This document shows positions 12,301 through 24,853 of a stretch of 64,000 nucleotides of DNA, in pieces. The position numbers and the translations under genes are program-made. The notes beneath the pieces are model-generated. The model did not search any database and was not told where the DNA came from. It saw only the letters and a list, made by a program, of their open reading frames with translations. The first letter of the stretch is position 1; each line of letters begins with the position of its first letter. Location: NCBI RefSeq assembly GCF_036588685.1, contig NC_086381.1, positions 73,098,001 to 73,162,000 of the forward strand. The letters are read 5' to 3'. Source of the stretch: Mytilus trossulus. Taxonomy: Eukaryota.

Positions 12301-15168
12301 GTTGGTGCTTTTCAAGGTGTCGTTAACTGTAATCTGAGACAAAACATGCATTTTTGCATTTGTTGTTAACTATTTTTGCCAAAATCGAGGTGTGATAACA
12401 TGTTATCGGACCTCAATTGATTCTCCTCATTAAGTAGATATGTATTTTTTTAAACAAAAGAAAAAGTGTCTATGTTACAGCAACCCAACAACAAAGATTG
12501 CCTTTATTTTTTGCCCATGTCCTTTTATCAAGATTATTAGATACTAACAAAATGCTACTTCCGATTTTGTTTAAGATATGTTCCCTTTCTGTTTGACATT
12601 ATTGAAAAAGGATAAAAACAAAAGCAAAAAAGTGCAACTATGTAAAATTTGAGCAATTTGCTTGTGTATTCAATGAACTTTTGATAGGGTGTCATAGTTG
12701 ATACATACTCTAAAAAATGTATATAAAAAAACGTGTACTAGTAACATATTTTAATTTGATTCTGCTTTACTAGTATCAGGTAAGGTACGCTGCAGTCGCA
12801 TTAATTTACATTAAACTATCGGAAAAGGTACTCTACGGTCGATTGCATATATCTGAATGATTTTTGTAGCATATATAGCCATGTTTAATTTTTTATTCGA
12901 GCGTCAACGAGTATTGAGTTTCTTGTAGACAAAACCGCGTATGGCGCATATTCAAAATTTCATCCTGGTATCTATGAGAAGTTTATTTCTACATTGGGAG
13001 ATAACGCAATATTGATAGTCTGTAGAAATACATGCAGATGACAGAAAGTACTAAGAGGTAAATATCATTAAAATAAAAATTAATCAAAACGTTTGAAAAT
13101 TATTAATTTATTTCATTGATATCTTATATTAGTACTTCAAAAAAGAATCTTATAAACTTTTACAAATTGAATATCAATTAACGGAAATTTCAGTAGATAT
13201 AATAAATAAAATCCCGAGAGAAATTATTTCGGGAAATACCATGTTGTACTTATATCCGGGCATATGAATATTGTTTTATTGAAATTACTGTTGATAAAAA
13301 TGAAAATATAAATTGTTATAACAATATTCCTGATATCTGGCTATTGGAAAATCATTTACAAATAGATTCTCCCACTGCGTCGAGTGTGATACGATATTTA
13401 TCCACTCGAGACAGTATAAATGTCCCCTAGGGATCTTTCGCCTAGTTTTGCTTTCTTTATATTCAAGTCATGTATATATACTACTCGCCAGCTTTTTTCT
13501 AAAATAAAATTTGCACTATTTTCTTTTAATCAACGAAAGAAATAAGACGAATTATATAATATGCAAATTAGGAACAGCGTGTAAAGTCAAGATAATTCTA
13601 CACGTTATGTGATTTCAAATCAATGCAAATCGAAACCATATCTTGAGTGAATTGATATAGTCATATAACTGTAGTTTTGCAAAAAATATTTGGGTCATAC
13701 TTTTTCTTGTTTCCAACCAAAAAAAAACAATTAAAATCCCTAAAGTATTAACAATTACGGTAACAATTGCAAACTCGAGGCTAAAATTTTTAAATTGCTC
13801 AGCTAGATTTGAAGATTAGGCTGAAAGAAACAAAAAGGACTACAACTTGCATTCACCTGAACGACGGAAAATCAGCGCCATGCATTACAGCGTTTAATTC
13901 CTTAATAAAAATGATTTACGTAAAACAATATTCGCAGTTACATACAAGAGCAACGTCCTTTTTGAAGAAAACAATCCTACGACAGACGCCCTGAAGTGTA
14001 CATAATAACAATCGTTAAAAGAAATACAAGGGAATATATTAACTCACTGTGTTAATGTTCAAACTGTTCCAATTATCTATAGCAGATGAACGAAAATTTC
14101 CTGTATTGTCATACTTTTCTGGTTCAAACATTCCATTTGTAAAAGACTCGTACACTGCAATTCCCGAACCAGCGACAGCATTGTAGACTAATGTCCCCCA
14201 TTTGTTAACTTTGTATAAAAGAAAGAAAATATCTAAATAAATTCCGATTTCTTCTATTTGTATCATCAATGATAACCTGGTTTTTACATATAGATTTCAT
14301 CACGGCAACAGGAGTGTTAAGATATATCCAATCGAGACAGTTAAAGTTGATTTACAAAGCGCGAGGCGTGCCGAGCTTTTTAAATAACTAAAATTTAACT
14401 GTTGAAGCCGAGCTTTTTTAATATCTACAATTTAACTGTGGAGAAGTATAATATAGATACATATATAGTTGCCCTGTCATCTGTTTCTCTGTGATTTTCA
14501 TCCTTCCGATTCAAACATTTGCAGAAACTTGTGTTCTTTTTATGTGACGTCATCAGGCAAGGTGGCGCCTTTTTTTAGGACGTCAACATAGGAAATTCAG
14601 AAGAAATCAAGAAAATCTAATGTTATAATTAAATGTCAACCATCCGTTTGCTGAGATTTTTTACTTGTCATTAGAATTATTTTTCTCACACCGCTCAGGA
14701 AATGTGAAAATAGTACAAACATTAAAGAAATCTTTCATGAATTATCGTAAATCAAACATTGTAATGATAATTATTAGTATATAGATTTATTTCTAATTTT
14801 ATTTGATTATTGTTATTATTATTATTATCATTATTATTATTATTATTATTATTATTCAGAAAAGATACGCTAATACCTTTTGAAACAGGTTCATATATTC
14901 GCCAGGTAGTATTTGATTTAAATGTCAACTTTCCTTCATAGATCTCCGCTGAATGAATCAGGCACAATTCGTCAATGGCATTGTAGCTGTAATAAGTACA
15001 GGATTTTAATTCATTACACTTTAAGGCACATTTAATGACTGAAAATTCTGTAAAAGTCATTTCATTTTGATGAAAATAGTTGTGATTTGATTTCATGGTA
15101 AATTTTTGCGATGCTGTAGACAAAACACTATTGTAAATAATAACCAAATGTAACACTGAAATACCCAT
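6395..15168 (-). CDS. Secreted protein, 277 aa: signal peptide + PAN/Apple-like module + ~180-aa uncharacterised domain; 5 exons
   Basis: Exons 15168-14877, 14208-14048, 11180-11014, 8243-8071, 6435-6395. All introns are GT-AG with consistent phases (1,0,2,1), 834 nt in total. Translation includes WGTLVYNAVAGSG, FRSSAIDNW, TDWFS, YFSVQG, RRFFIYKNY.C...GWFVVVD, YPLFRY, GDVFSIFIS*. Confidence 0.85.
10145..10249 (+). ncRNA. Twister-like ribozyme, type-P5 permutation, full length but mutated (family C repeat)
   Basis: Closing stem TGCAACTGTCA/TGACAGTTGTA, GAGGT strand, TAA cleavage motif at 10193-10195, P3 ATCTTCA/TGAAAAT, P4-L4 GTCTG-TACCAATT-CAGGA. Confidence 0.55.
14805..14856. repeat. (TAT)n microsatellite in intron 1 of the PAN gene
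   Basis: Run of tta/tat triplets about 20 nt from the donor site. Confidence 0.9.
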
Positions 15169-15276
15169 TACGGAACTATGATGTTATCCCTGTAACACTG
15201 AAATACCCATTACGGAACTATGATGTTATCCCTGTAACACTGAAATACCCATTACGGAACTATGATGTTGTCCCTG
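15151..15276. repeat. 42-bp tandem repeat x3 overlapping the start codon of the PAN gene
   Basis: taacactgaaatacccattacggaactatgatgttatccctg at 15151, 15193, 15235. Confidence 0.95.
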
Positions 15277-16489
15277 TTACGTTGACTATCACTACAGTAT
15301 AACTACTAGTATTAATCAAAGTTCATTTGATAAAGCCAACTGTAATATACCGCTCTTCATAAGTCATAAATCGATTGAGAGCAAACAAATCCGTGTTACA
15401 AACTAAAACCGAGGGAAGTACATCAACTGTAAGATGAAAACAATAGACAAACAGAACCATTGAAGTGCAACTAAACCTAACGTCAACATACATAGAAACT
15501 TACTATTTGATTACAATTAACTGCCATTTCCTGACTTGGAACAGGACAAATAGAATTGCAAAAAACGTTGAGACATGTACGGTAACAGAATGTTTGAACA
15601 ATTAAAATTGCTACTTTTTTAAATGTCAATCGAGTGTATTGCGTCACATTATTTGTGTAATATCAAGTAATCGGACTTTTTTATTTAAGGAATGACTGTA
15701 TTTTTTCTGTCTATGAAGAAATAACATAAAAAAAACACTGAATAAACCGCGTAAGTTATGACAAGTTCCCATTAAACAATTCACCACAATTTCTTGCAAG
15801 TTGGCGTTAACAGATTTGATTCCGATTGGTAGTCTCAATAAACTGCTTCGCTGAACGCAGCTGGATATGCCCGCAGAGGTTCGACCGTGAACAGTTGGGG
15901 CTAAAATAGACACATTATTGAAGCTTGATACAGGTCTGAATTTGGATTCTAATTAGATATTTGACATTTTGTAGGTTTCTGAATAAATGAAGTCAACGAA
16001 CTTGAAATAGTTATTATTAATTGAATTTATTTTCAATTAAAGATTTCTTGCTGTTGTGCAACACACTGTGCTGTTGTGTAATACACTGTGCTGTTGTGCA
16101 ATACTTAGTTAATATGTTGTCAGACTATAAACAAATAAAGTTATAATCATCAATGTCATATTAGAAATTTATGAAAATCAAAAAGGAGCTAAAAATTATA
16201 TCAATGGATATAAACAATTCACCAAAGTTTCATTATAATTGCTAACAGTATTTATGAGTTATGGTCCGAAAATTGGAAAATCCCCCCTTTTTTAATGAAT
16301 AAAATCCCAAAAAAAACGTAAAATCAAAAATTTATTAAAAAAAACGAAAGGGAGCTGACGTCCATATATATAAATAATTCACCATAGTTTATGCAAATTT
16401 GTTAAAGCGTTTTTGAACTAATCTCCGACAACTTGGCGGCAGACGGACAGACGGACAACGGTATTCAATCATTCGTCACGTTAATGCGC

Positions 16490-18450
16490 TTTAAAATAAC
16501 TTAAATTTTCCGAATGTTGTAATGAACGTATATAGGTTTGACTTTTTTAAGTCCAATTCTATGATCCAGAATCCACTGGACGCATCAAGCTCACTAAAAT
16601 ATCATGCTCCTGCTAACTTAGCGGTATTTTCATCCTGTCTCGGCAATATGAAATGTTCTCTCTTTATTGCTCGATTAAGATCTTTATGTTCCAAACATAT
16701 CCACAATTTACCATCTGCCTTTTCTAAATTACTACTTTTGGAATAACCCATTCCGTAGATGTTCCACTTTTCCCACAATGCGTAATTTTTTCATTCTATC
16801 TATTTCTGTTTTTAATCTTTTTTGCAGAACAATCGGTACTCTAAGTGAGGGGTGAATAACAGGATAGATTTATTTATCCAATTCAATATGATGATATCCT
16901 TCTAATTCGCCTATTCCATCAAATAAATCACTATTTGCCTTCAAAATAGATTCGGCACTTTTCCCAACTGACATAACTCTATTACTTAGATTAATTTTTC
17001 ACAAGCACTTAATCCTAAGATACATTGAGCATTGAAATTTAAAACTGCAAATTCCATTCTTTCAATTTTATTTCTATGAGATACATTCATGTAACATCTT
17101 CCTAGTACGTCCATTTTTTTACCTGAATATGTGACTAATCTTGGTTTGCTTGGAATAATTTTAATATTTCCTTTCACTAGTTGCATTACTTTGTACAGAA
17201 TTACATTTGCCTGCGCACCCGTATCCAATTTGAACTTCTGATTTTTTTTCCTTTCAAATTCAAATTAACCATCCAAGAATTTTCACTTTTCTTCTAATTT
17301 TCGATACATCCAGTGTATAATTCGTCTCTGCTGTTTTTGAAAATCTTCTTTAAATGATTCGACTTTTTACACTGGTTACACGTTTATTCCGTTAGCTGGA
17401 CAACTTTTAGGTAGGTGTTGCATTCTGCATTTCTTGTAATCGTATTTCTGGTTTTCCGGGTTGTCTTTTCTAGAATCTTTGTATTGATGTTTCTCTTTTG
17501 GTTTGTGTCCTTATTTGAGTCGTTCCTCGTTGCATTTACTGTGTTTTCATCTATTGTTTTAGATTTTATTGTTGTTTTTAAACTTCCGATGAGCGATATA
17601 TGTCTATTGACTTTGCAACTGTCTGGTCTTGTATTCTTAGTAATCTTTCACGAACATTGTAACTAAGTATACCACATACTATCCTGTCTCTTACAAAATT
17701 GTCGCATAACTGTCCAAATTCACATGTGTTGGCTCATTTTAATAAATTTCCTGTTGACAAAACACAAATTTTCGAAAAACTGAAGATTATCTTATCCCCG
17801 GAATAGATTACCTTGGCCGTATTTGACTAATCTTTTTGGAATTTTGGGGTCCTTAATGCTTTTCAACGTTGTACTTGTTCGGCTTTATAACTATTTTCAT
17901 CTGAGCGTCACTAATGAGTTTTATGTAGACGAAACGTACTTCTGGCTTCTGGTACCTGTGATTACAATTGGCTCTGTGTTTTAGCTCTGTAGCTCAAGTC
18001 TGTGGCATAGTGGTCTATGGTGTATTCGCCTTCACCTTGTGAAAACTTCTGAAACTTATAACGTTCATATATGTCTGGTTCTATGTAAGATTGAAAAATT
18101 GTTCATATTTCATTAACAATGGTGCAACTTTGTTAATAATCTTCCACGATATTAAACGTGTTGAAAATTTCTACGGCATCATCTCCAATACAGCGAAGAA
18201 GGTTAACAGCGAACATTGCAACTTTTCTGCGTTTTCGTTGAACTCATTAGCGTCTTTGTAAAACTGGAATTTTTGTTTCCAATTTTCTCCAATTCTCGGA
18301 TACATTTCCCTCTTTGCTTAAGGCTATGGTGGTTTCAATTGATCCATTTGGGTAGTTAATCCATTCGTTTTTTAATCTGACACCATTTCATATTCTAGCA
18401 CGGGGCATAAATATAGGTCTGTATTCATTCAAGACTTATTTCAAACTACA
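16490..18450 (-). mobile_element. Decayed, 3'-truncated Ty3/Gypsy LTR retrotransposon (Mag-like): PBS, gag, protease, start of RT
   Basis: PBS TGGTGTCAGA at 18385-18376 (tRNA-Leu type); gag MDQLKPP...WKQKF...RDRIVCG; protease DTGAQANV; RT KDLNRAIKREHF...LDASSGFW...TFGKF; multiple stops and frameshifts. Confidence 0.85.
17768..17965 (+). mobile_element. Hammerhead-bearing short repeat inserted in gag; ribozyme core mutated
   Basis: gcgtca-CTAATGA-gttttatgtagac-GAAA-cgtacttc-tggc at 17905-17947; flank is homologous to 50003-50235. Confidence 0.7.
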
Positions 18451-18496
18451 CTTTATTACAATATAGTTATCAAAGGTACCAGGATTATTATTAAGT

Positions 18497-18542
18497 ACGC
18501 CAGACGCGCGTTTCGTCTACATAAAAGACTAATCAGTGACGC
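18497..18542 (-). ncRNA. Minimal type-I hammerhead ribozyme, core variant CUGAUUA (probably inactive)
   Basis: GCGTCA-CTGATTA-GTCT(tttatgt)AGAC-GAAACGCGCGTC-TGGCGT with palindromic stem III. Confidence 0.7.
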
Positions 18543-19999
18543 TCATATCAAAATATTTATTAAGCTGTCGCCTGTGGTCTCGAATAAAAATAGAATTTTG
18601 CAGTAAACTAAATGGAAAATGAAGCGAATAAGTGCTTTAAATAGATATGTTGATACATCCTGCAATGACCAAATCGCTGTATCTAACCATCCTTATTCGT
18701 TATGAATCTTTAGATAATGGAAACCATGGATAATTCGGCAGAAGAAAAGCTTAGAAATTCAATACATTTCACAAAAATCAGAGTTGGGCATGCAGTAGAT
18801 ACATATTTTAATTTCAAATTATAAGTTTCAACAACACAATATCCGTCCTTTAATTCATACTAGAATAGACGTAGCGGGAATATGGACTGGAGATATCCTC
18901 AGATTCCTGAAGCCATGAACATAAGAAGGTTGTAAGTTTTGTGCACCAAATGCACATTTTAATATACAAAAGAAGATGTGGTGTAATTGCTAATCAGACA
19001 ACTCTTTACAAGAGACCAAACGACACAGAAATTAATAAAAATAGGCCACCGAGCGGTCTTTGACAATGAGCATAGCTCATACCACGTAGTCAGCTAGAAC
19101 AGGCCCCGAAATGAAAAATGTAAAACAATTCAAACGAGAAAACTGAAGGCCTAATTCAGGTACAAAAAAGAGCTAAATACAAATATGTTACACATAACTA
19201 AACGACAACCACTGAAAGGCTCCTGGATTGGGATAGGCATTCATACAGAATGTGGCAGGGTTATTAAGTCACTTTTGAAATACTTATTATCAAGGATTTA
19301 CTATAGTTTGATGCTCTGTGACTTCCTCATGTATCTGTATGAAAGTGTTAGGATATTGGTTTTCCAAATTATTTTAAGAAGTTAAGACCTCTAATAATGT
19401 TAATTCTGTGTACTTGTAAATCTTTGAATGGTTTTGTTTTCTGTAGCAGGATGAAGGTATGACATTTTAAACAAAGAAGTTAGATGCGTATCAATATTGT
19501 CCGCTTAAATTTTCTTTAGAATAACAAAAATGTGTTTACCGACTTAAATAAAAATGTTAGCTGTTTGTTTAAATTTGCTAAAGATGAATAAAACAAAAAG
19601 AATAGAAAATCTATGTTAAAAGCGGAGAAAATGTATCGGAAACCCAAAACAATAGAGACGTATTGGGAGGAAATAGAAGGTTGAAGATATACAAAGAGGT
19701 GCACTTTAACGTAATGAATTAATACTGTAAATGTGTATATATCAATAATCAATACAATAATGAATGAAGGAAATTAGAAAAACGCATTTAACCTGAGTAA
19801 AGTTTTTTGTCACTAATGGGAACACATGAAAAATATGAAGAGAAAAAATGTCATGATGGCTGTTTCAATTCACTTAACTGACACACTTTCCATGTGCTAT
19901 TTTTATTGTTTATCAATGTCACGATCCCGTAAACTGTGGCGACAAACACGAAATTTCATTTGCTTATGATTATTTCTACAGCCATGTTTTGAGGGTTTT

Positions 20000-22900
20000 G
20001 CTGATACAACCCTGTCCCGGGTAAAAGAGGATTGGCTGATACACCACTATTCCAGATTAAGGGGATTGAGCTGATACGTCATTATTTTTAGTTAAAGGGG
20101 GCTCTACTAATACACTACTGCCCGATGTTGATGTTGTACTGATAATTATGACTGTCCAATGCTCAAAGGGGCTCTGCTGATAAACTATTGGTCAGGGTTA
20201 ATTTTACAATGAAACAAGGTGTAGGGATTTTTCAGATACACTATTACTACTGCCCAACATTATTTCTGTACTGGTGCACAATTACCTCCTGTTAAAAAAT
20301 TGTGTTTGCGCTGATAAACTACTGTCCAAGGTGAACGAAGTTACTGTGATACACTAATGACCTATGTTAATGCTGTGCTGATACGTCACTACCCCTGATA
20401 CACTACTGCCCAAGGTTAATGTTGTAATGATATACCACATTCCAAGATTAACGAGTTTTTGCTGATACACTGTTGTCCTATGTTAATGGTGTGCTGATCA
20501 TTACTGCCCCTGGTGCAACACTGTCCATGATGTTGTGATATACAACACTGTCATATGTTAATATTGTGCTGCTACACATCTGTTATATGTAAATGTTGGG
20601 ATGATATGCCACTGTCCCTGGTACACTACTGCCCAAAGTTAATGTTGTGATGATACACCACTGTCCCAGATTAACGAGGTTGTGATGTTTCACTACTGCC
20701 CTATGTTAATGATGTGCTGATACACCACTTCCCCTGTCACAATACTACCGAAGGTTAATGTTGTGATATTCAACATTGTCCCAGGGTAAGCCGGTTGTAC
20801 TGATACACTATTATCCTATTTAAATGGTGTGCTGATATGCCACTGCCCTGATACACTACTGTCCAAAGTTAATGTTGTGATGATACACCACTGTCCCAGA
20901 TAAACGAGGCTGTGATGTTTCACTACTGCCCTATGTTAATGATGTGCTGATACACAACTTCCCCTGTCATAATACTACCGAAGGTTAATGTTGTGATATT
21001 CAACATTGTCCCAGGGTAAGGCAGTTGTACTGATACACTATAATCCTATTTAAATGGTGTGCTGATATGCCACTGCCCCTGATACACTAATGCCCAAAGT
21101 TAATGTTGTGATGATACACAACAGTCCCAGGTAAACGCGGCTGTGATGTTTCACTACTGCCCTATGTTAATGATGTGCTGATACACCACTTCCCCTGTCA
21201 CAATACTACCGAAGATTAATGTTGTGATATTCAACATTGTCCCAGGGTAAGGCGGTTGTACTGATACTCTTTTATCCTATGTAAATGGTGTGATGATATG
21301 CCACTGCCCCTGGTACACTACTGTCCAAAGTTAATGTTGTGATGATACACCACTGTCCCAGGTAAACGAGGCTGTGATGTTTCACTACTGCCCTATGTTA
21401 ATGATGTGCTGATACACCACCTTGCCTGTCATTATACTACCGAAGGTTAATGTTGTGATATTCAACATTGTCCCAGGGTAAGGCGGTTGTACTGATACAC
21501 TATTATCCTATGTAAATGATGTGCTGATATGCCACTGCCCCTGATACACTACTGCCCAAAGTTAATGTTGTGATGATACACCAAAGTCCCAGGTAAACGA
21601 GGTTGTGATGTTTCACTACTGCCCTATGTTAATGATGTGCTGATACACCACTTCCCCTGTCACATTACTACCGAAGGTTAATGTTGTGATATTCAACATT
21701 GTCCCAGGGTAAGGCGGTTGTACTGATACACTATTATCCTATGTAAATGATGTGCTGATATGCCACTGCCCCTGATACACTACTGCCCAAAGTTAATGTT
21801 GTGATGATACACCACAGTCCCAGGTAAACGAGGTTGTGATGTTTCACTACTGCCCTATGTTAATGATGTGCTGATACACCACTTCCCCTGTCACAATACT
21901 ACCGAAGATTAATGTTGTGATATTCAACATTGTCCCATGGTAAGGCGGTTGTACTGATACACTATTATCCTATGTAAATGGTGTACTGATATGCCACTGC
22001 CCCTGATACACTACTGCCTAAAGTTAATGTTGTGGTGATACACCACAGTCCCAGGTAAACGAGGTTGTGATGTTTCACTACTGCCCTATGTTAATGATGT
22101 GCTGATACACCACTTTCCCTGGTACAATACTACCGAAGGTTAATGTTGTGATACGCAACATTGTCCCAGAGTAAGGCGGTTGTACTGATACACTTTTATC
22201 TTATGTAAATGGTGTGATGATATGCCACTGCCCCTGGTACACTACTGCCCAAAGTTAATGTTGTGATGATACACCACTGTCCCAGGTTAACGAGGTTGTG
22301 ATGTTTCACTACTGCCCTATGTTAATGATGTGCTGATACACCACTTACCCTGTCACAATACTACCGAAGGTTAATGTTGTGATATTCAACATTGTCCCAG
22401 GGTAAGGCGGTTGTACTGATACACTATAATCCTATGTAAATGGTGTACTGATATGCCACTGCCCCTGATACACTACTGCCCAAAGTTAATGTTGTGACGA
22501 TACACCACATTCCCAGGTAAACGAGGCTGTGATGTTTTACTACTGCCCTATGTTAATGATGTGCTGATACACCACTTTCCCTGGTACAATACTACCGAAG
22601 GTTAATGTTGTGATATTCAACATTGTCCCATGGTAAAGCGGTTGTACTGATACACTTTTATCTTATGTAAATGGTGTGATGATATGCTTCTGCCCCTGGT
22701 ACACTACTGTCCAAAGTTAATGTTGTGATGATACACCATTGTCCCAGGTTAACGAGTTTGTGATGGATTACCATTGCCCTATGTTAATGATGTGCTGATA
22801 CGCTACTTCCCCTGGTACAATACTACCGACGGTTAATGTTTTGATATTCAACATTGTCCCAGGGTAAGGCGGTTGTACTGATACACTATTTTCCTATGTA

Positions 22901-23320
22901 AATGGTGTGCTGATATGCCACTGCCCCTGATACACTACTGCATAAAGTTAATGTTGTGATGATACACCACAGTCCCAGATTAACGAGGTTGTGATGTTTC
23001 ACTACTGCCCTATGTTAATAATGTGATGATACACCACTTCCCCTGTCACAATACTGCCGAAGGTTAATGTTGTGATATTCAACAATGTTCCAGGGTAAGG
23101 CGGTTGTACTGATACACTATTATCCTATATAAATGGTGTGCTGATATGCCACTGCCCCTGATACACTACTGCCCAAAGTAAATGTTGTGATATTCAACAT
23201 TGTTCCAGGTTAAGGAGATTAAGCGGATACACTACTGTCCCATTTCAATGTTGTGTTGATACACCACTGTCCTATGCTTATACTGTGCTGATAAATCGCT
23301 GTCCCATGCTCAAGGGGTTG
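20000..23320. repeat. Satellite array: ~32-bp monomers organised as a 231-bp higher-order repeat (~11-12 copies) with diverged monomeric flanks
   Basis: Marker cactactgccctatg at 20691, 20921, 21152, 21383, 21614, 21845, 22076, 22307 ... 23000 (spacing 230-231). Confidence 0.95.
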
Positions 23321-24853
23321 TTTGGTCATAAACATATTTAAACCAACACATTTTTTTTAGGTCAATCCCAAATCGGGAACCTGCAATACAGTGGCTTAAG
23401 ATAGTTGCTGTTTGTTGTTATTTTTTTCCATCAGAAAGCAGTCCGATTGTTGTCTCTTTCTTTTTAGGAAAGTCTCTTATGCACCACATGAAGGGGACAA
23501 TCAAAACCTCTCCTCAGGGACAATATTGTATGGTATCATGTAACAGTTAAATTTAAGAGGACATATAATGAAGGCCATTTGTTGAGCCGAAATATTTGCA
23601 ATTATTGTATAATTTATATCATCTGCATGTTCAGTTTTTCAATCTTTGTGCGATGATATGCAACACTTTTTAGTGTTTTGTTTTCCATCTATTTATCGGT
23701 ATTGTTACACAATCTTTCAGACTCATAAAATAGATTATTGCTCATTAGTAAACATAATATGGAAGCTTAAGGCCCCGAGATTATTTTTATATATAAGCCT
23801 CTGTCGAGGTTTGTGAATTATATATAAGTCTGTTGGTCTCACGTGGTTGGTCTATCATCGACAATTTGGCTGCGTTAAACACAAGACCGTATGTATATGT
23901 AGTACATGTATGTATAAAATTATTCACAAGTGTACTGTTTGAAAGCCAGGAGAAGACTGCCAAAGCAACATTTTACAAAACATACATTAATTTAAAGTTA
24001 AGGGTATTAAATCATTATATAAAAGGTTCTCATAAAATGTATATCACTGTCCAATCTTATGTAATAATCATCGGATTATTGTCCTCCGATTAAACTTAGT
24101 TAAAAAAGAATAGCGGGTGCTCGAGCGGGTGTCTTCAATTTGATTATTAAGCCAAATATTTCATGATTATTTGATTACCTAGGACTGTATTTTTAGTTTA
24201 TGATTATTTGATTACTAAAGATAAGCAAATATTTAATGATTATGTGATTATATTGGCCAAAAAATGGTGATTATGTGATTACTAGGACCCCCCATGAGGG
24301 GCCTCATATATATTCAACCTATGTCTACAAACAAAATACAATAGGCGTTGTTATATCAATGTCAACACCTCTATTTCCCCTATCATTTCATTGAAAAATG
24401 GTCCCTTTTACATACCTGTTTAAAAGTAAATTTTTGAGCTTAAATGGTCCGTGACCCCCTTTTCAAAACGAGAGTTCATACACATATTCAATTAAAACTA
24501 GAGTTCATATAAAGCACTTTGCAAATTATAGTAAAAGTTCCCATAAATGTCACTTTTCTTCGGGTGTTCCGGCCAAATATCTCTAATATATAAAGCTTAC
24601 TTGCGTGAAAACAAAAATTTGTAAATATACTGAATACTCTCGAGTGAATACTATACTGAGTGCTCTATTTTAAAATTAAAGTTTGCATCTGGCTTACTAA
24701 ATCATGTGTGAACGTTTACGTGAAAGTTTACTGATGACTTAAAAACTTTCAAGTTGATACATGTCATTTTCTTAAGATGTGTACAAACATGACTAATAAA
24801 TACAGGTGTGTTTTCTTTAGTGAACTTTGAACTAGATGAATTATACTTCGAAA

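Noticed and set aside
14752-14876. Poly-Asn tail of the 138-aa ORF
   Set aside because: Lies past the GT donor at 14876; it is an intronic (TAT)n microsatellite.
20000-23320. CRISPR array or mucin-like coding repeat (231 is divisible by 3)
   Set aside because: No unique spacers, eukaryotic context, subunit lengths not consistently multiples of 3, and no ORF of 60 aa or more in the track.
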